From positions 64,022-128,021 of the forward strand of contig CACBGD010000001.1 of the NCBI GenBank assembly GCA_902538705.1: a stretch of DNA of 64,000 nt, given 5' to 3'. Each line of letters starts with the position of its first letter. Position 1 is the first letter of the stretch. A program made the translations under genes and the position numbers. Under the pieces are notes generated by a model. It saw only the letters and a program-made list of their open reading frames with translations. It searched no databases and was not told the DNA's origin. The DNA is from an uncultured SAR86 cluster bacterium (GTDB taxonomy: Bacteria; Pseudomonadota; Gammaproteobacteria; Magnimaribacterales; D2472). This document shows, piece by piece, positions 34,139-44,848 of the stretch.

Positions 34139-34588
34139 ATGAAGTATTTACATATTTATTTTCTATCCTTAGCATTAATGATTTCTTTTGATTTAAATGC
34201 ATCTAAATATGACAAAGAAAGTGCATCTGATCTATATAAAAAAGCTACTAAACAGCTAAAAGAAGAGGATTATAAAAGCGCTCTTAAAACCTTAAAAAAG
34301 TACACAAAATCTAAAAAAAAGGATGCAGATGGGTGGACTCTTTTAGCGTTTACTAATAGAAAACTTAAGAACTATAGTGAGGCTGAGTCTCTATATACTA
34401 AGGCGCTTAATCTTGACCCTGATAATAAGATAGCGATTGAATATCAAGGTGAGCTATTTGTAGAGCTTGGAAGAATAGAAGAAGCAAATGCCAACTTGGC
34501 TAAACTTAGAGAATTATGTCCAAATTCATGTGAAGAGCTAGAAATGCTAATGGAATATATAGCTGGAAATAAAGCAAAATCTTGGTAA
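34139..34588 (+). CDS. Secreted TPR-repeat protein
   Basis: 149 aa with a signal-like N-terminus and TPR-like repeats (YSEAESLYTKALNLDPDN...). Confidence 0.6.
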   Translation: MKYLHIYFLSLALMISFDLNASKYDKESASDLYKKATKQLKEEDYKSALKTLKKYTKSKKKDADGWTLLAFTNRKLKNYSEAESLYTKALNLDPDNKIAIEYQGELFVELGRIEEANANLAKLRELCPNSCEELEMLMEYIAGNKAKSW

Positions 34589-34603
34589 TTTGAACTATAT
34601 CAA

Positions 34604-35347
34604 TTGATAAAAGAAGAAATTCTCAAGATAGAGGAGCTTTTAAAAGAATCACAAAATATTGTATTTCTTACAGGTGCTGGTATCAGTACCAATTCAGGGC
34701 TGCCTGACTTTAGAAGTGATAATGGTTTTTGGAAGACCAACAAACCGATCATGTTTAGAGACTTCTTGAATAGTTATCAATCAAGACGTCTTTCATGGAG
34801 CAGAAATATAGCTCTTAATGAGACCCTAAAAAAAATTCAACCTAACCGCGGGCACATGTTCATCAAAGAGATATTAGATGCTAAGAAAGGTTATGTAATT
34901 ACACAAAATATCGATGGTCTTCATCACAGATCTGGAATACAAGAAAAAAAAATAATAGAGGTTCATGGCAATGCAACAAAAGCTAAATGTTTAGATTGTG
35001 GTATAAATCTTGATCTCGAACCATTTCATAAAGCAATTCGTGATAACACAGAGACTCCAGACTGTCCCAGATGTTATGGCTTGGTAAAAGTTGCAACAAT
35101 TTCATTTGGACAACCCATGAATATGAGTGATTTTGAAAAATCTAAAGATAAAATCATTGAAAGTGATATTTTAGTCGTATTGGGCTCATCTCTTCAGGTA
35201 CAACCCGTTGCTTCACTCCCAGGTTTTGCTGTTCAAAATGGGAAAAAATTAATAATTATTAACAAAGATCCAACTAGCTTTGATCGATATGCTGAAGTAT
35301 GTATTCATGAAGATATCTGTAACACAGTTGCTAAGATAAATATTTAA
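34604..35347 (+). CDS. cobB: NAD-dependent protein deacylase, Sir2/CobB family (TTG start)
   Basis: 247 aa with GAGISTNSGLPDFRS, QNIDGLH, a catalytic His (EVHGN) and a Zn ribbon (CLDCG...CPRCYG). Confidence 0.85.
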   Translation: MIKEEILKIEELLKESQNIVFLTGAGISTNSGLPDFRSDNGFWKTNKPIMFRDFLNSYQSRRLSWSRNIALNETLKKIQPNRGHMFIKEILDAKKGYVITQNIDGLHHRSGIQEKKIIEVHGNATKAKCLDCGINLDLEPFHKAIRDNTETPDCPRCYGLVKVATISFGQPMNMSDFEKSKDKIIESDILVVLGSSLQVQPVASLPGFAVQNGKKLIIINKDPTSFDRYAEVCIHEDICNTVAKINI

Positions 35348-36402
35348 AGCTTAGAAACTCTAGCAACCTCACTGTCTAGATACTCAGTAGTAAAATTATT
35401 TAAATGGAAGTCTGAATCAAGTGGCATAATTTCATTAAATATCAAGCGCTTTGCAACCCTTACCATTATTACCGAAAACTTAAATAAGGCTAAGACTCTA
35501 AAGTAATTTATATTTTCTGCAGACAAACCAGTTTTATTTTCCCAAATCTTTACACCCTCGCTTTGACTCATGGAGCCATCAAGTCGAGGGACACCAAGCC
35601 CTAAACTATTACATTCGTCTACAGCAAAACCCCAAGCAAGATCCATTAATGGATCTCCCATGCTTGCCATTTCCCAATCAAGAAGTGCAGATGCTTTATA
35701 GTCTTTATATAAGACATTGCCTATTCTTGAGTCGCCCCAACACATAGAAATTTTTTGTAATTCTGGTTTATTGGCAACCAGCCAATCATGAGCATTTGAG
35801 CAAACAGGATGCTTTTCTCCATCCATACCCCAATTTAAAAACTCCTTATAATAATCCAACTCTACTCCGAGTGAATCATCTGTATTCTTAAAGCCACAAC
35901 TCGAAATCTCTTCAGTTGTTAAATCCAAACCATGAAATGAAGATAAATTATTTACCCAACCAGACCATACAGAATATCTTTGCTCAGGAGTCCCTTTGCC
36001 CATCATTCCCTCTGGATCCATATGATGAGGAGGATTATCGCTTGGTGCCTCTCCATCAATACACCTCATCACATAAAACTCTGAACCTAAAATATCATCA
36101 TTATAGTTTTCAAATATTATTTCTGGAGTAGGGATACCCTTTAACCTTAAAAGCTTCATAATCGAAGCCTGCATTTTTAAATCATATTCAGGAAATACCT
36201 GATATCCAGTTGGCCTAAGCCTTAAAACAAGACTTTCCAAAACATTTTTACCCTTTACATCGAAGACAAAAGTTTCATTAGAAAAGCCTGAAGCAATTGA
36301 GCTTTCATGAGGTATAACTTCACAGTCACCATAAAGTTCCTTAAGCCAAGACTGTAGCTTAAGAAGCTTTTCATCAAAGTTTTTGTCTGTAGATACCGAC
36401 AT
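35344..36402 (-). CDS. Phosphotransferase-family (APH/CHK-like) kinase of unknown substrate
   Basis: 352 aa with a Brenner-like catalytic block (WGDSRIGNVLY) and a metal-binding block (LLDWEMASMGDPLMDLAW). Confidence 0.75.
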   Translation of the reverse strand: MSVSTDKNFDEKLLKLQSWLKELYGDCEVIPHESSIASGFSNETFVFDVKGKNVLESLVLRLRPTGYQVFPEYDLKMQASIMKLLRLKGIPTPEIIFENYNDDILGSEFYVMRCIDGEAPSDNPPHHMDPEGMMGKGTPEQRYSVWSGWVNNLSSFHGLDLTTEEISSCGFKNTDDSLGVELDYYKEFLNWGMDGEKHPVCSNAHDWLVANKPELQKISMCWGDSRIGNVLYKDYKASALLDWEMASMGDPLMDLAWGFAVDECNSLGLGVPRLDGSMSQSEGVKIWENKTGLSAENINYFRVLALFKFSVIMVRVAKRLIFNEIMPLDSDFHLNNFTTEYLDSEVARVSKL

Positions 36403-37502
36403 TAAGGTTTATCAAAAAGATCAACAAACCCACTTGGTTCATGCGCTCCAAGAATAAGTTGCTCTAGAACACCTCTCCCTTCATAAACTTTATCTCCGAT
36501 CTTTAATATGGCATTCGAAAGCGCCTGAACATGTAAATATGGCGGATCACCAGGATCTTCATTTAGATCATATTCATCAAAGTGAGTTGCATTATCTCCT
36601 TTATCATGGCCATGCCCCCAATCAGGATGCATGTACCCTAGACCACACATAAATGCTTTCATGCCGCAGTCAATACTAATTTCAATATTGTTACCATCTT
36701 TATCAGTTGCAGTAATTATCATGGAATCAACTCTTCTTGATCTATGCACATAAGATACTTTCTTTTTTACGTTACGTAACTCTATCTCGCCTTCAAATTC
36801 TGGACCCTGCATAATTGCTAGGACGGTCCTTGGAGTTCCATCAGCTTTATCTATAAAGTAAATATGAGCAGAAAGATCCTCAAAGTGGAAGGGCGCCCAT
36901 AACCAATAAAATTGAGGCATATTAAAAGGAACCACAGGCTGACTATCGTAAGCTCCAACCGGCCTCACTCCCCAAGATCTATCCCTTGTCCCAACAAAGG
37001 CATCCTCTGTCACATCAATTTGATCATCACTTATTTTTATCTTTCCAAACCATTTACCTTGCTGAGTTAGTCGACAAGTATCCATAATCATTCTAGGGCC
37101 ATTGAATAATTGCATTTGAGGCTCTCTCATTGGTTCAAATCTGCCAGTGATAGTTAAATCAACCTCAAAATTGTTTTCAACATCATTTAAAGAGACTTTA
37201 AGTTTTCTTAATGGCTCAATAACCTCAACTTTTAGAGGCCCCACTTCGGTTTCAAGTCTTTCTAAATTTAAAATCCTTGAAGCTCTCGAGTTGTATTGTT
37301 TTCCTTTATAAGCAAGAGTAAATGCTCCATCCATTATATTTAGATTTGGGTAAACGCAGAGTACAGCACCAAAATAGATATCATCTGTTTTTGAATAACC
37401 ATTAAAAAAATATCTATCATAAAAGTTTCTTTCAGAACCTACTTCAGAAACAGGTTTTGAAATTTGATGTATTGGATAGTCGTCAGCTTTTGTTAAAGAC
37501 AT
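36402..37502 (-). CDS. Conserved hypothetical protein (366 aa), function unknown
   Basis: Long clean ORF, translationally coupled on both sides: 3 nt after qor, and a 1-nt overlap with the kinase. I recognise no motif and see no TM segments. Confidence 0.6.
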   Translation of the reverse strand: MSLTKADDYPIHQISKPVSEVGSERNFYDRYFFNGYSKTDDIYFGAVLCVYPNLNIMDGAFTLAYKGKQYNSRASRILNLERLETEVGPLKVEVIEPLRKLKVSLNDVENNFEVDLTITGRFEPMREPQMQLFNGPRMIMDTCRLTQQGKWFGKIKISDDQIDVTEDAFVGTRDRSWGVRPVGAYDSQPVVPFNMPQFYWLWAPFHFEDLSAHIYFIDKADGTPRTVLAIMQGPEFEGEIELRNVKKKVSYVHRSRRVDSMIITATDKDGNNIEISIDCGMKAFMCGLGYMHPDWGHGHDKGDNATHFDEYDLNEDPGDPPYLHVQALSNAILKIGDKVYEGRGVLEQLILGAHEPSGFVDLFDKP

Positions 37503-37505
37503 AAT

Positions 37506-38504
37506 TTATATAGTTATTATTACTTTTCCTTTTGCTTTTCTATTTTGTAGATGGGCTATAGCATCTGCAGCGCTATCAAGCGTGAATTTATCAGAAACCT
37601 CAGGAGCGATTTTCCCCTCACTATGAAGTTTAAATAACTCCATAAAGTTAGCTTTATTACCTGCAGGATCAATTCCAGTCCAAGCACCCCAAAAAACACC
37701 AACTATTTGGCATCCTTTCAGCAAAGCTAAATTAAGTGGAATTTTTGGTATATCACCGGCAGCAAAACCGATTACCAAATATCTACCTTCCCATGCGATA
37801 GCTCTTAATGCAGGTTCAGAATAATGAGAGCCTACTGGATCATAAATAACATTGGCTCCAACGCCTCCTGTGATATCTTTAATCTTTCCCGAAAGTTCTT
37901 TTTGCTGATCTTTTGAAAGGTCGCCAGTTGGATATATGAATCCTTCATCAGCACCATGTTGAATGCACATATCAATTTTTTCTTGAGATGATGCAGCTGC
38001 AATAACACTAGCTCCCATAGCTTTGCCCAAATCAACAGCAGCAAGACCCACCCCACCTGCGGCTCCAAGGACCAGCAATGTCTCTCCTGTCTTAAGATTT
38101 GCTCTTTGTTTTAGTGCATATAATGTCGTGCCATATGTCATTGAAAGAGCAGCTGCTGTCTCATAGTCCATTGATTCAGGAATAGGCATTACTGATTCCT
38201 TTGGCGCAACAATCTTTTCTGCAAAAGCCCCCATACCAGTCATTGCAAACACCTTATCACCCTCTTTAAGATTTTCTATACCTTCACCAACCTTTTCAAC
38301 AATGCCAGCTGCTTCACCGCCAGGCGTAAAAGGAAGTGGAGGTTGAAACTGATATAAACCTTGTATCATTAAGACATCAGGAAAATTTACGCTTGCGGCC
38401 TTAACATCTATCAAAACCTGTCCAGGTCCTACGTCTGGACTTGGGACTTCATTAATTTCTAATTTATCTACCCCTCCAAGCTCAACGCACTGTAATGCTT
38501 TCAT
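37506..38504 (-). CDS. qor: NADPH:quinone oxidoreductase (zeta-crystallin/MDR family)
   Basis: 332 aa MDR fold with the cofactor motif (LVLGAAGGVGLAAV) and no structural-zinc Cys cluster. Confidence 0.8.
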   Translation of the reverse strand: MKALQCVELGGVDKLEINEVPSPDVGPGQVLIDVKAASVNFPDVLMIQGLYQFQPPLPFTPGGEAAGIVEKVGEGIENLKEGDKVFAMTGMGAFAEKIVAPKESVMPIPESMDYETAAALSMTYGTTLYALKQRANLKTGETLLVLGAAGGVGLAAVDLGKAMGASVIAAASSQEKIDMCIQHGADEGFIYPTGDLSKDQQKELSGKIKDITGGVGANVIYDPVGSHYSEPALRAIAWEGRYLVIGFAAGDIPKIPLNLALLKGCQIVGVFWGAWTGIDPAGNKANFMELFKLHSEGKIAPEVSDKFTLDSAADAIAHLQNRKAKGKVIITI

Positions 38505-38506
38505 AC

Positions 38507-40036
38507 TTATCCCCTTACTTTATCGTTATATTGTTCCACATACTTATTCAATTCAACACCCTTTTTAGCTTCCATTTCTTTATGTAACTCAACAGATTTA
38601 AACCTTTCATTTTCTAAGATAGTTTCATTTTTAAGCTTCGCGCCTTTCAATGAATTCATTTTATTTATACTCTCCTGCAAAATGTTTTCTGTAAAACTAT
38701 TATCACTTCCTAATATGTTATTAAGTAACTTTCTGCTTTTATTTTCCATATTTAAGCAATCAGATACTGATTTTTCAAACTCAGGATCAACACAATTTAA
38801 TTCCTTAGCAATCATCAAAAGCTCATCAGAAATATTTGATATCTTATTTCTTATACTAAACTCTAAACCATTAAATGAAAGTTTTTGATTTAGATCTGAG
38901 CCTGAATGAATTGCTATCTCATAGTTTTTATTCATTTCATCATATTCATACTGATTAACTGACTTCGACTCAGTAATTAGACAATGAATAAGAAACACAT
39001 CAAGCAGCCGCATTTCTGATTTTGATATTCCTGTAAGGGTATTTGGGGATAGATCAATTCCTCTAACCTCAACATATTCAATGCCTTTAGCTGAAAGTAG
39101 TTCAATTGGCCTAGTCTCTGTAGCACCTTTTCGCTTTGGTCTAATAGAATCATATAGTTCATTTTCTATCTGGAGAATTCCTGAGGATATTTGTTGTCTT
39201 TCATTATTTTCATCATATAAGCCTAGGCTTTTAAAGACTTCATACTCTTCGAATACTCCTTTTTTCAGTGACTCTATAAAACTATTAAGAGAGTTATATT
39301 TAATATCAAGAGCCTTTTGATGGTAGCTTTGATAACCAACTTCACTCATTCTTAGAGAAGTGGCGTATTCTTGATAAAAATCTGATTTATTTATTTTTTT
39401 GATTGAATGATTTCTTCCTGAAACAAAAGACTTATCAAAGATAGGAGAAGCACCAAAGAAGTAAAGTAAGAACCAAAAATTTCTTTTGAAATTCCTTATA
39501 AGACCCAGGTAAATATCTGATTTAGTTTCTCTACTAAGATCTTTAGTAAAAAATCTAAGGGAGTCGTCATCAATTGAAAAATTATAATGAATACCAGCTA
39601 CACACTGCATGATTGAACCATATCTAACCCGCAAACCTTTTCTGTAAATATTTTTTAGCTTACCAATGTTGCTAGAGCCAAACTCAGCAATTCTTATTTC
39701 TGATTCATCCCCAATAAAGCAGGGCATGGAATTTGACCACAGAACCTCATCTGACTCCATAGCGTTAGCTGTGAAGATGTGAAGATCTAAAAGGAATTCA
39801 TAAACTTCATCAACACTATTGAAGGTTGGAGTTACAAGCTCTATTAGTGCTTCAGAAAAGTCTGTCGTAATAAACTTATTAGTTAAGGGAGAGCCAAGTT
39901 CTATTGGATGATTTCTTTGAGACAGTTGAGCATTATTATTTACTCTCAAGGATTCCTTTTCGACACCTCTTGAAATTTCTATATTTTCAAAAAATCCCTT
40001 ATCTTTTAATTCAGCAACTCTATTGCTAAAAGTCAT
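38507..40036 (-). CDS. gshA: Glutamate--cysteine ligase, proteobacterial type
   Basis: 509 aa. The N-terminal RGVEKESLRV and overall length match E. coli-type GshA. Confidence 0.85.
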   Translation of the reverse strand: MTFSNRVAELKDKGFFENIEISRGVEKESLRVNNNAQLSQRNHPIELGSPLTNKFITTDFSEALIELVTPTFNSVDEVYEFLLDLHIFTANAMESDEVLWSNSMPCFIGDESEIRIAEFGSSNIGKLKNIYRKGLRVRYGSIMQCVAGIHYNFSIDDDSLRFFTKDLSRETKSDIYLGLIRNFKRNFWFLLYFFGASPIFDKSFVSGRNHSIKKINKSDFYQEYATSLRMSEVGYQSYHQKALDIKYNSLNSFIESLKKGVFEEYEVFKSLGLYDENNERQQISSGILQIENELYDSIRPKRKGATETRPIELLSAKGIEYVEVRGIDLSPNTLTGISKSEMRLLDVFLIHCLITESKSVNQYEYDEMNKNYEIAIHSGSDLNQKLSFNGLEFSIRNKISNISDELLMIAKELNCVDPEFEKSVSDCLNMENKSRKLLNNILGSDNSFTENILQESINKMNSLKGAKLKNETILENERFKSVELHKEMEAKKGVELNKYVEQYNDKVRG

Positions 40037-40046
40037 TCTCGTTTTT

Positions 40047-41567
40047 TTATTGATCAGAAGGGCCGGCAGAAATTATTTCTTTACTGACATCAAATCTTTC
40101 AAAGTTATTTTGAAATAATTTTATTAAGTCAGCTGCGGCAGCATCATAAGCGCTTTTATCTTCCCAAGTTTCGCGTGGATTTAGCAGGTTGCCATCAACT
40201 CCTTGAATCGATAGAGGAACTTCAAGATTTAAACCTTTAAGCATTTGAGTTTCAACATCATCAAGCTCGCCGTTTTGGACTGCATTGACGATTCTTCTAG
40301 TAGTTGGTATATCAAATCTTTTTCCCACTCCATAAGGTCCTCCAGTCCAACCTGTATTTACAAGAAAAACCCTTGAGCCAAAATTTTCAACTCTTTTCAT
40401 TAAAAGGTCTGCATACACACCTGCAGGTCGAGGAAAAAATGGTGCTCCAAAACAGGTCGAAAAAGTTGATTCAATATCTGAAGATGATCCAATCTCAGTA
40501 GATCCTACCTTTGCAGTATATCCACTTAAAAAATGGTAGGCAGCAGCTTCTTTAGTCAGTATTGATACAGGAGGAAGGACCCCAGTCAAATCACAAGTTA
40601 GGAAGATTACTGTCTTCGGTTCACCAGCATAATTTTCAGGCACTGCCTTTTCAATATGTGCTCTTGGATAACAACATCTTGAATTTTGAGTCAATGAAAC
40701 ATCTGAGTAATCAGGAACTCTATCATTTAATACAACGTTTTCTAGAATGCTCCCTTCTTTAATGGCTTTCCAAATTACAGGCTCATTTTCCTCAGAGAGA
40801 TCTATACATTTTGCATAACACCCACCTTCGAAATTAAAAACAGAACCCGGAGACCATCCATGCTCATCATCGCCGATCAATGTGCATGCTGGATCTGCTG
40901 AGAGAGTCGTTTTTCCAGTACCTGAAAGACCAAAAAACAGTGCTACTGAATTCTTATCATTAATATTGGAAGAACAATGCATAGGAAGGACATCTTTGGC
41001 AGGAAGGAGAAAGTTTTGAACCGAGAACATTGATTTTTTCATCTCGCCAGCATACTTCATGCCCGCAATAAGAACCTTTTCCTCTTTAAAATTTATAATT
41101 ACACAACCATCTGAATTAGTACCATCTACTTCAGGCACACATTCAAAATTTGCTGCGCTAAGTATTTTCCAGTTACTTTTACCTTTTGGATTAAATTCAT
41201 CAGGATCAATAAATATTAATCTTGAGAAGAGGCTCTGCCAAGCAGTTTCAGTTGTTACCTCAATTGGAAGATAGTGATCAGGATGAGACCCAACATGAAC
41301 TTTAGTTAAAAATTTTTCTTTGTCATCTAGATAAGACTCAACTTTTGACCAGAGAGAGTGGAAATTCTCTTCATCAAATGGCCTATTTATTTCTCCCCAT
41401 TCAATATAACTTTTGGTTGTTTCCTCTTCTACAATATATCTATCTAGGGGACTTCTCCCAGTTCTTTTTCCTGTTACAACAGATAGCGCTCCGTTAGAAG
41501 CAAGCACTCCTTCTTCTCTCTCTAGAGCTTTAGAAATAAGATCTTCATTTGAAAGTTCAAAAACCAT
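40047..41567 (-). CDS. pckA: Phosphoenolpyruvate carboxykinase (ATP)
   Basis: 506 aa with the kinase-1a motif ([13 protein letters not shown]) and IGDDEHGW. Confidence 0.95.
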   Translation of the reverse strand: MVFELSNEDLISKALEREEGVLASNGALSVVTGKRTGRSPLDRYIVEEETTKSYIEWGEINRPFDEENFHSLWSKVESYLDDKEKFLTKVHVGSHPDHYLPIEVTTETAWQSLFSRLIFIDPDEFNPKGKSNWKILSAANFECVPEVDGTNSDGCVIINFKEEKVLIAGMKYAGEMKKSMFSVQNFLLPAKDVLPMHCSSNINDKNSVALFFGLSGTGKTTLSADPACTLIGDDEHGWSPGSVFNFEGGCYAKCIDLSEENEPVIWKAIKEGSILENVVLNDRVPDYSDVSLTQNSRCCYPRAHIEKAVPENYAGEPKTVIFLTCDLTGVLPPVSILTKEAAAYHFLSGYTAKVGSTEIGSSSDIESTFSTCFGAPFFPRPAGVYADLLMKRVENFGSRVFLVNTGWTGGPYGVGKRFDIPTTRRIVNAVQNGELDDVETQMLKGLNLEVPLSIQGVDGNLLNPRETWEDKSAYDAAAADLIKLFQNNFERFDVSKEIISAGPSDQ

Positions 41568-41590
41568 AATTTTTTAAATTTGTCTTTAAA

Positions 41591-42118
41591 TTATACCTTT
41601 TTTAGGACTTTTAATACGTTAAGAAGATTAACAAATATAAATATTAGGAAGAAGATTAATCCCCACTCAGCAAAATTAAAGATAAACCTCCAACCTTCTT
41701 CTGCACAGCTAGGACCTCCTTGAAGAGTTTTATAAATACCTCCAAAAAAACCATAAAATTCAATAGTTGTCTCAAGGGGCATTCCGCATCCAGATAAATT
41801 GGTTAAACCCTCTGACGAAAGATTTTGAATATATATTTGCCTACTAGTTACACCAACACCAAAAAACAATGATCCAAAAATAAAAATGTTTTGGAGATTC
41901 TTAAATCTATCGTTAAATGCTGCAATTAGCGAAAAGAAACCAAATGTACCAAAAACATATCTTGTTAATATGCACAAAGGACATGCATATAAGGCCAAAA
42001 CAATATCCATAGTCCAGGCAAGAGCTATTATCCCAAAAGACAAGATAGCATTAGTTAGATGAAATCTTTTTACATAGATTTCCCATAATTTTTCAATAAA
42101 ATGTAACACTTGTGACAT
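41591..42118 (-). CDS. dsbB: Disulfide bond formation protein DsbB
   Basis: 175 aa with 4 TM helices, CPLC in the first periplasmic loop and a second Cys pair (SGCG...PSCAE) in loop 2. Confidence 0.75.
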   Translation of the reverse strand: MSQVLHFIEKLWEIYVKRFHLTNAILSFGIIALAWTMDIVLALYACPLCILTRYVFGTFGFFSLIAAFNDRFKNLQNIFIFGSLFFGVGVTSRQIYIQNLSSEGLTNLSGCGMPLETTIEFYGFFGGIYKTLQGGPSCAEEGWRFIFNFAEWGLIFFLIFIFVNLLNVLKVLKKV

Positions 42119-42172
42119 ATGATAAATCTTTTGTATTAATAAAAAAATCCTAATGTCATAATAAATAATTAA

Positions 42173-44848
42173 ATGAAAAAAAATTTATATATTGTTGATG
42201 GATCATCGTATATTTATCGAGCTTTCCATGCAATGCCACCCCTAACAACATCATCAGGCAGACCCACTGGTGCTATAAAAGGCGTATCGAATATGATGAT
42301 GAATCTTAAAAATGAAAACGATGGTTCTTCCATTGTCACAGTGTTCGACGCCAAGGGAAAAACATTTAGAAGCGATATCTATTCTGATTACAAAGCTAAT
42401 CGGCCCCCCATGCCAGATGAGCTCAGGCTTCAGCTCGATCCTATTAAATCAATATGCAAGGCAATAGGATTTCCTATAGTGGAGATAGAGGGAGTAGAAG
42501 CAGATGATGTAATAGCTACTATTGTCAAAAGAGCAAAAGAAGAGGGATATAGTTGTGTTATTTCCTCATTAGATAAAGATTTAATGCAGTTAGTTGAGGA
42601 TCCTAATGTCTCAATGATAAATACAATGACCAATAAAAAATTTAATGAAAAAGATGTAATCGAAAAGTTCGGAGTTAAACCCAATCAAATTAGAGATATG
42701 CTAGCGCTTGTTGGAGATTCATCTGACAACATTCCAGGTGTTCCAAAAGTTGGGCAAAAGACAGCCGCTAAATGGCTAAATGAGTTTGGAGACCTAAAAT
42801 CTATTAAAGAAAATGCCTCTTCAATCAAAGGAGTTGTTGGTGAGAATCTGAGGAACTCTTTAGAGGATTTAGATAGAAATATTAATCTTGTATCCCTAAA
42901 ACAAGATGTAGATATTCGAGTGGAGTTTAGTGATCTTTTAACATTGAATCCCGATGATGATGAGCTTAATAAGATTTTCTCGGAGTTAGAATTCGCCACA
43001 GTAAAAAATAATGAGAAAAAAAATAAGGAGCAAAAGCAAGATTCAAACTATGAAACGGTTTTATCTGAAAAAAGTTTAGAGAAGTGGATAAAAAATATAG
43101 ACAAATCTAAAGCATTTGCAATAGATACTGAGACGGACTCAGTAAGCACTGTTTCAGCAAATCTTATAGGCATTTCAATTTCTGTAAAAGAAAATGAAGG
43201 GTGTTACATTCCTATAGGTCACTCATATGAAAATTGTCCTGAGCAGCTTTCACTTGAATGTGTTCAAAAAAAACTAGGACCTGCTATTGAAAAAAATCAG
43301 AAAAAAGCTGTCGGCCAGAATTTAAAGTTTGATATTCCAATTTTATCTCGACATGGCATCAACCTAACTGAGTTTTTGGCAGATACAATGCTCATGTCAT
43401 ATGTGCTTAATAGCACCGCCACTCGCCATGGAATGGATAGACTCGCTGATTATTATCTTAACTACACAACCACAAAATATACTGATGTAACAGGGACTGC
43501 CTCTAAGCAAATTAGTTTTGCAGAGGTACAAATTGATGTTGCAACAGATTATGCAGCTGAGGATGCTGATATAACGCTAAGACTTTTTAATACTTTATCT
43601 GCATTATTAAAAGAGAAACCAATCCAAGAGAAACTATTAAAAGAAATTGAATATCCTCTTGTGCATGTACTCTCAAGAGTAGAACAAAATGGAGCAAAAA
43701 TAGATAAAAACAAACTTGGAAATCATTCAAAAGAACTTGGAGAAAAAATTGCAGACCTTTCTGCCCAAGCTTTCAAAATAGCTGGAGAGGAATTTAATCT
43801 TGATTCCCCAAAACAACTCTTAGAAATTTTATATGAAAAGCAGGGATTACCAGTATTGAGAAAAACACCTAAAGGACAACCATCTACGAATGAAGAGACG
43901 CTTCAAAGACTGTCAGAGGAATATGAGCTGCCAAAGATAATCCTGCAATATAGAACATTGGCAAAATTAAAATCTACTTATACTGATAGCTTAATAAATA
44001 TTGAGAATCCAAAGACAGAAAGGATTCACACCTCTTATCAACAAGCCATAACGTCAACAGGAAGACTTTCATCAACAGAACCAAATTTACAGAACATCCC
44101 TATTAAAACTTCTGAAGGCAGAAGAATAAGAGAAGCATTTGTTCCAGAAAAAGGTAACGTACTAATTTCTGCTGACTATTCACAAATTGAGTTAAGGATA
44201 ATGGCTCATTTATCAGAGGATAAAAATCTTACAAATGCCTTTAATAATAATATTGATGTTCATTCATCAACAGCTGCTGAGGTTTTTGGTGTTGCAATTG
44301 AAGATGTAACTAAGGATCAAAGAAGAGGAGCAAAAGCAATTAATTTTGGGCTGATGTATGGTATGTCAGCATTTGGACTCACCAGGCAACTAGGAATTAC
44401 CAGACCTGAAGCGCAAGAATACTTAGATACATACTTTGCAAGATATACAGGAGTCAGAGACTATATGGACAATATCAAAACAAAAGCTAGAGAAGATCAG
44501 TATGTTGAGACTATCATGGGAAGGAGGCTTTATCTAAATGAAATAAATGCCTCAAATGGACTTAGAAGACAGGCTGCAGAAAGGGCTGCAATAAATGCTC
44601 CACTCCAGGGCTCAGCGGCTGATATTATTAAAAAGGCAATGTTAGACATTGATAATATAATTTTAAACGAGATGCCAGAAGTGAAAATGATAATGCAGGT
44701 TCACGATGAGCTTGTATTTGAAGCCCCAATAAAAAAACTTGATTTTGTTAAGTCAAAGGTAAGCAATGCAATGGAATCTGCTGTAAAATTATCGATCCCT
44801 TTACTTGTAGATATTGGTTTTGGAAATAATTGGAATGAATCTCACTAG
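42173..44848 (+). CDS. polA: DNA polymerase I
   Basis: 891 aa with a 5' nuclease domain, a 3'-5' exonuclease domain (AIDTETDS) and polymerase motifs (DYSQIELRIMAH, QVHDELVFE). Confidence 0.95.
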   Translation: MKKNLYIVDGSSYIYRAFHAMPPLTTSSGRPTGAIKGVSNMMMNLKNENDGSSIVTVFDAKGKTFRSDIYSDYKANRPPMPDELRLQLDPIKSICKAIGFPIVEIEGVEADDVIATIVKRAKEEGYSCVISSLDKDLMQLVEDPNVSMINTMTNKKFNEKDVIEKFGVKPNQIRDMLALVGDSSDNIPGVPKVGQKTAAKWLNEFGDLKSIKENASSIKGVVGENLRNSLEDLDRNINLVSLKQDVDIRVEFSDLLTLNPDDDELNKIFSELEFATVKNNEKKNKEQKQDSNYETVLSEKSLEKWIKNIDKSKAFAIDTETDSVSTVSANLIGISISVKENEGCYIPIGHSYENCPEQLSLECVQKKLGPAIEKNQKKAVGQNLKFDIPILSRHGINLTEFLADTMLMSYVLNSTATRHGMDRLADYYLNYTTTKYTDVTGTASKQISFAEVQIDVATDYAAEDADITLRLFNTLSALLKEKPIQEKLLKEIEYPLVHVLSRVEQNGAKIDKNKLGNHSKELGEKIADLSAQAFKIAGEEFNLDSPKQLLEILYEKQGLPVLRKTPKGQPSTNEETLQRLSEEYELPKIILQYRTLAKLKSTYTDSLINIENPKTERIHTSYQQAITSTGRLSSTEPNLQNIPIKTSEGRRIREAFVPEKGNVLISADYSQIELRIMAHLSEDKNLTNAFNNNIDVHSSTAAEVFGVAIEDVTKDQRRGAKAINFGLMYGMSAFGLTRQLGITRPEAQEYLDTYFARYTGVRDYMDNIKTKAREDQYVETIMGRRLYLNEINASNGLRRQAAERAAINAPLQGSAADIIKKAMLDIDNIILNEMPEVKMIMQVHDELVFEAPIKKLDFVKSKVSNAMESAVKLSIPLLVDIGFGNNWNESH

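Noticed and set aside
34139-35347. A Sir2-domain protein next to a TPR protein, considered as a possible Sir2-based anti-phage defence module (Thoeris, DSR or SIR2-HerA-like).
   Set aside because: The protein is a compact 247-aa CobB-type sirtuin with the full deacylase motif set and a Zn ribbon. It has no fused SLOG, TIR, HerA or Argonaute partner and no mobile or variable context. The housekeeping protein deacylase is the parsimonious call.
35344-36402. The APH-family phosphotransferase, considered as an aminoglycoside or macrolide resistance gene.
   Set aside because: Only the generic kinase-fold catalytic blocks are visible. It sits in a core-genome operon with qor and an unknown protein, and no mobile element is nearby. 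There is no basis for a resistance call.
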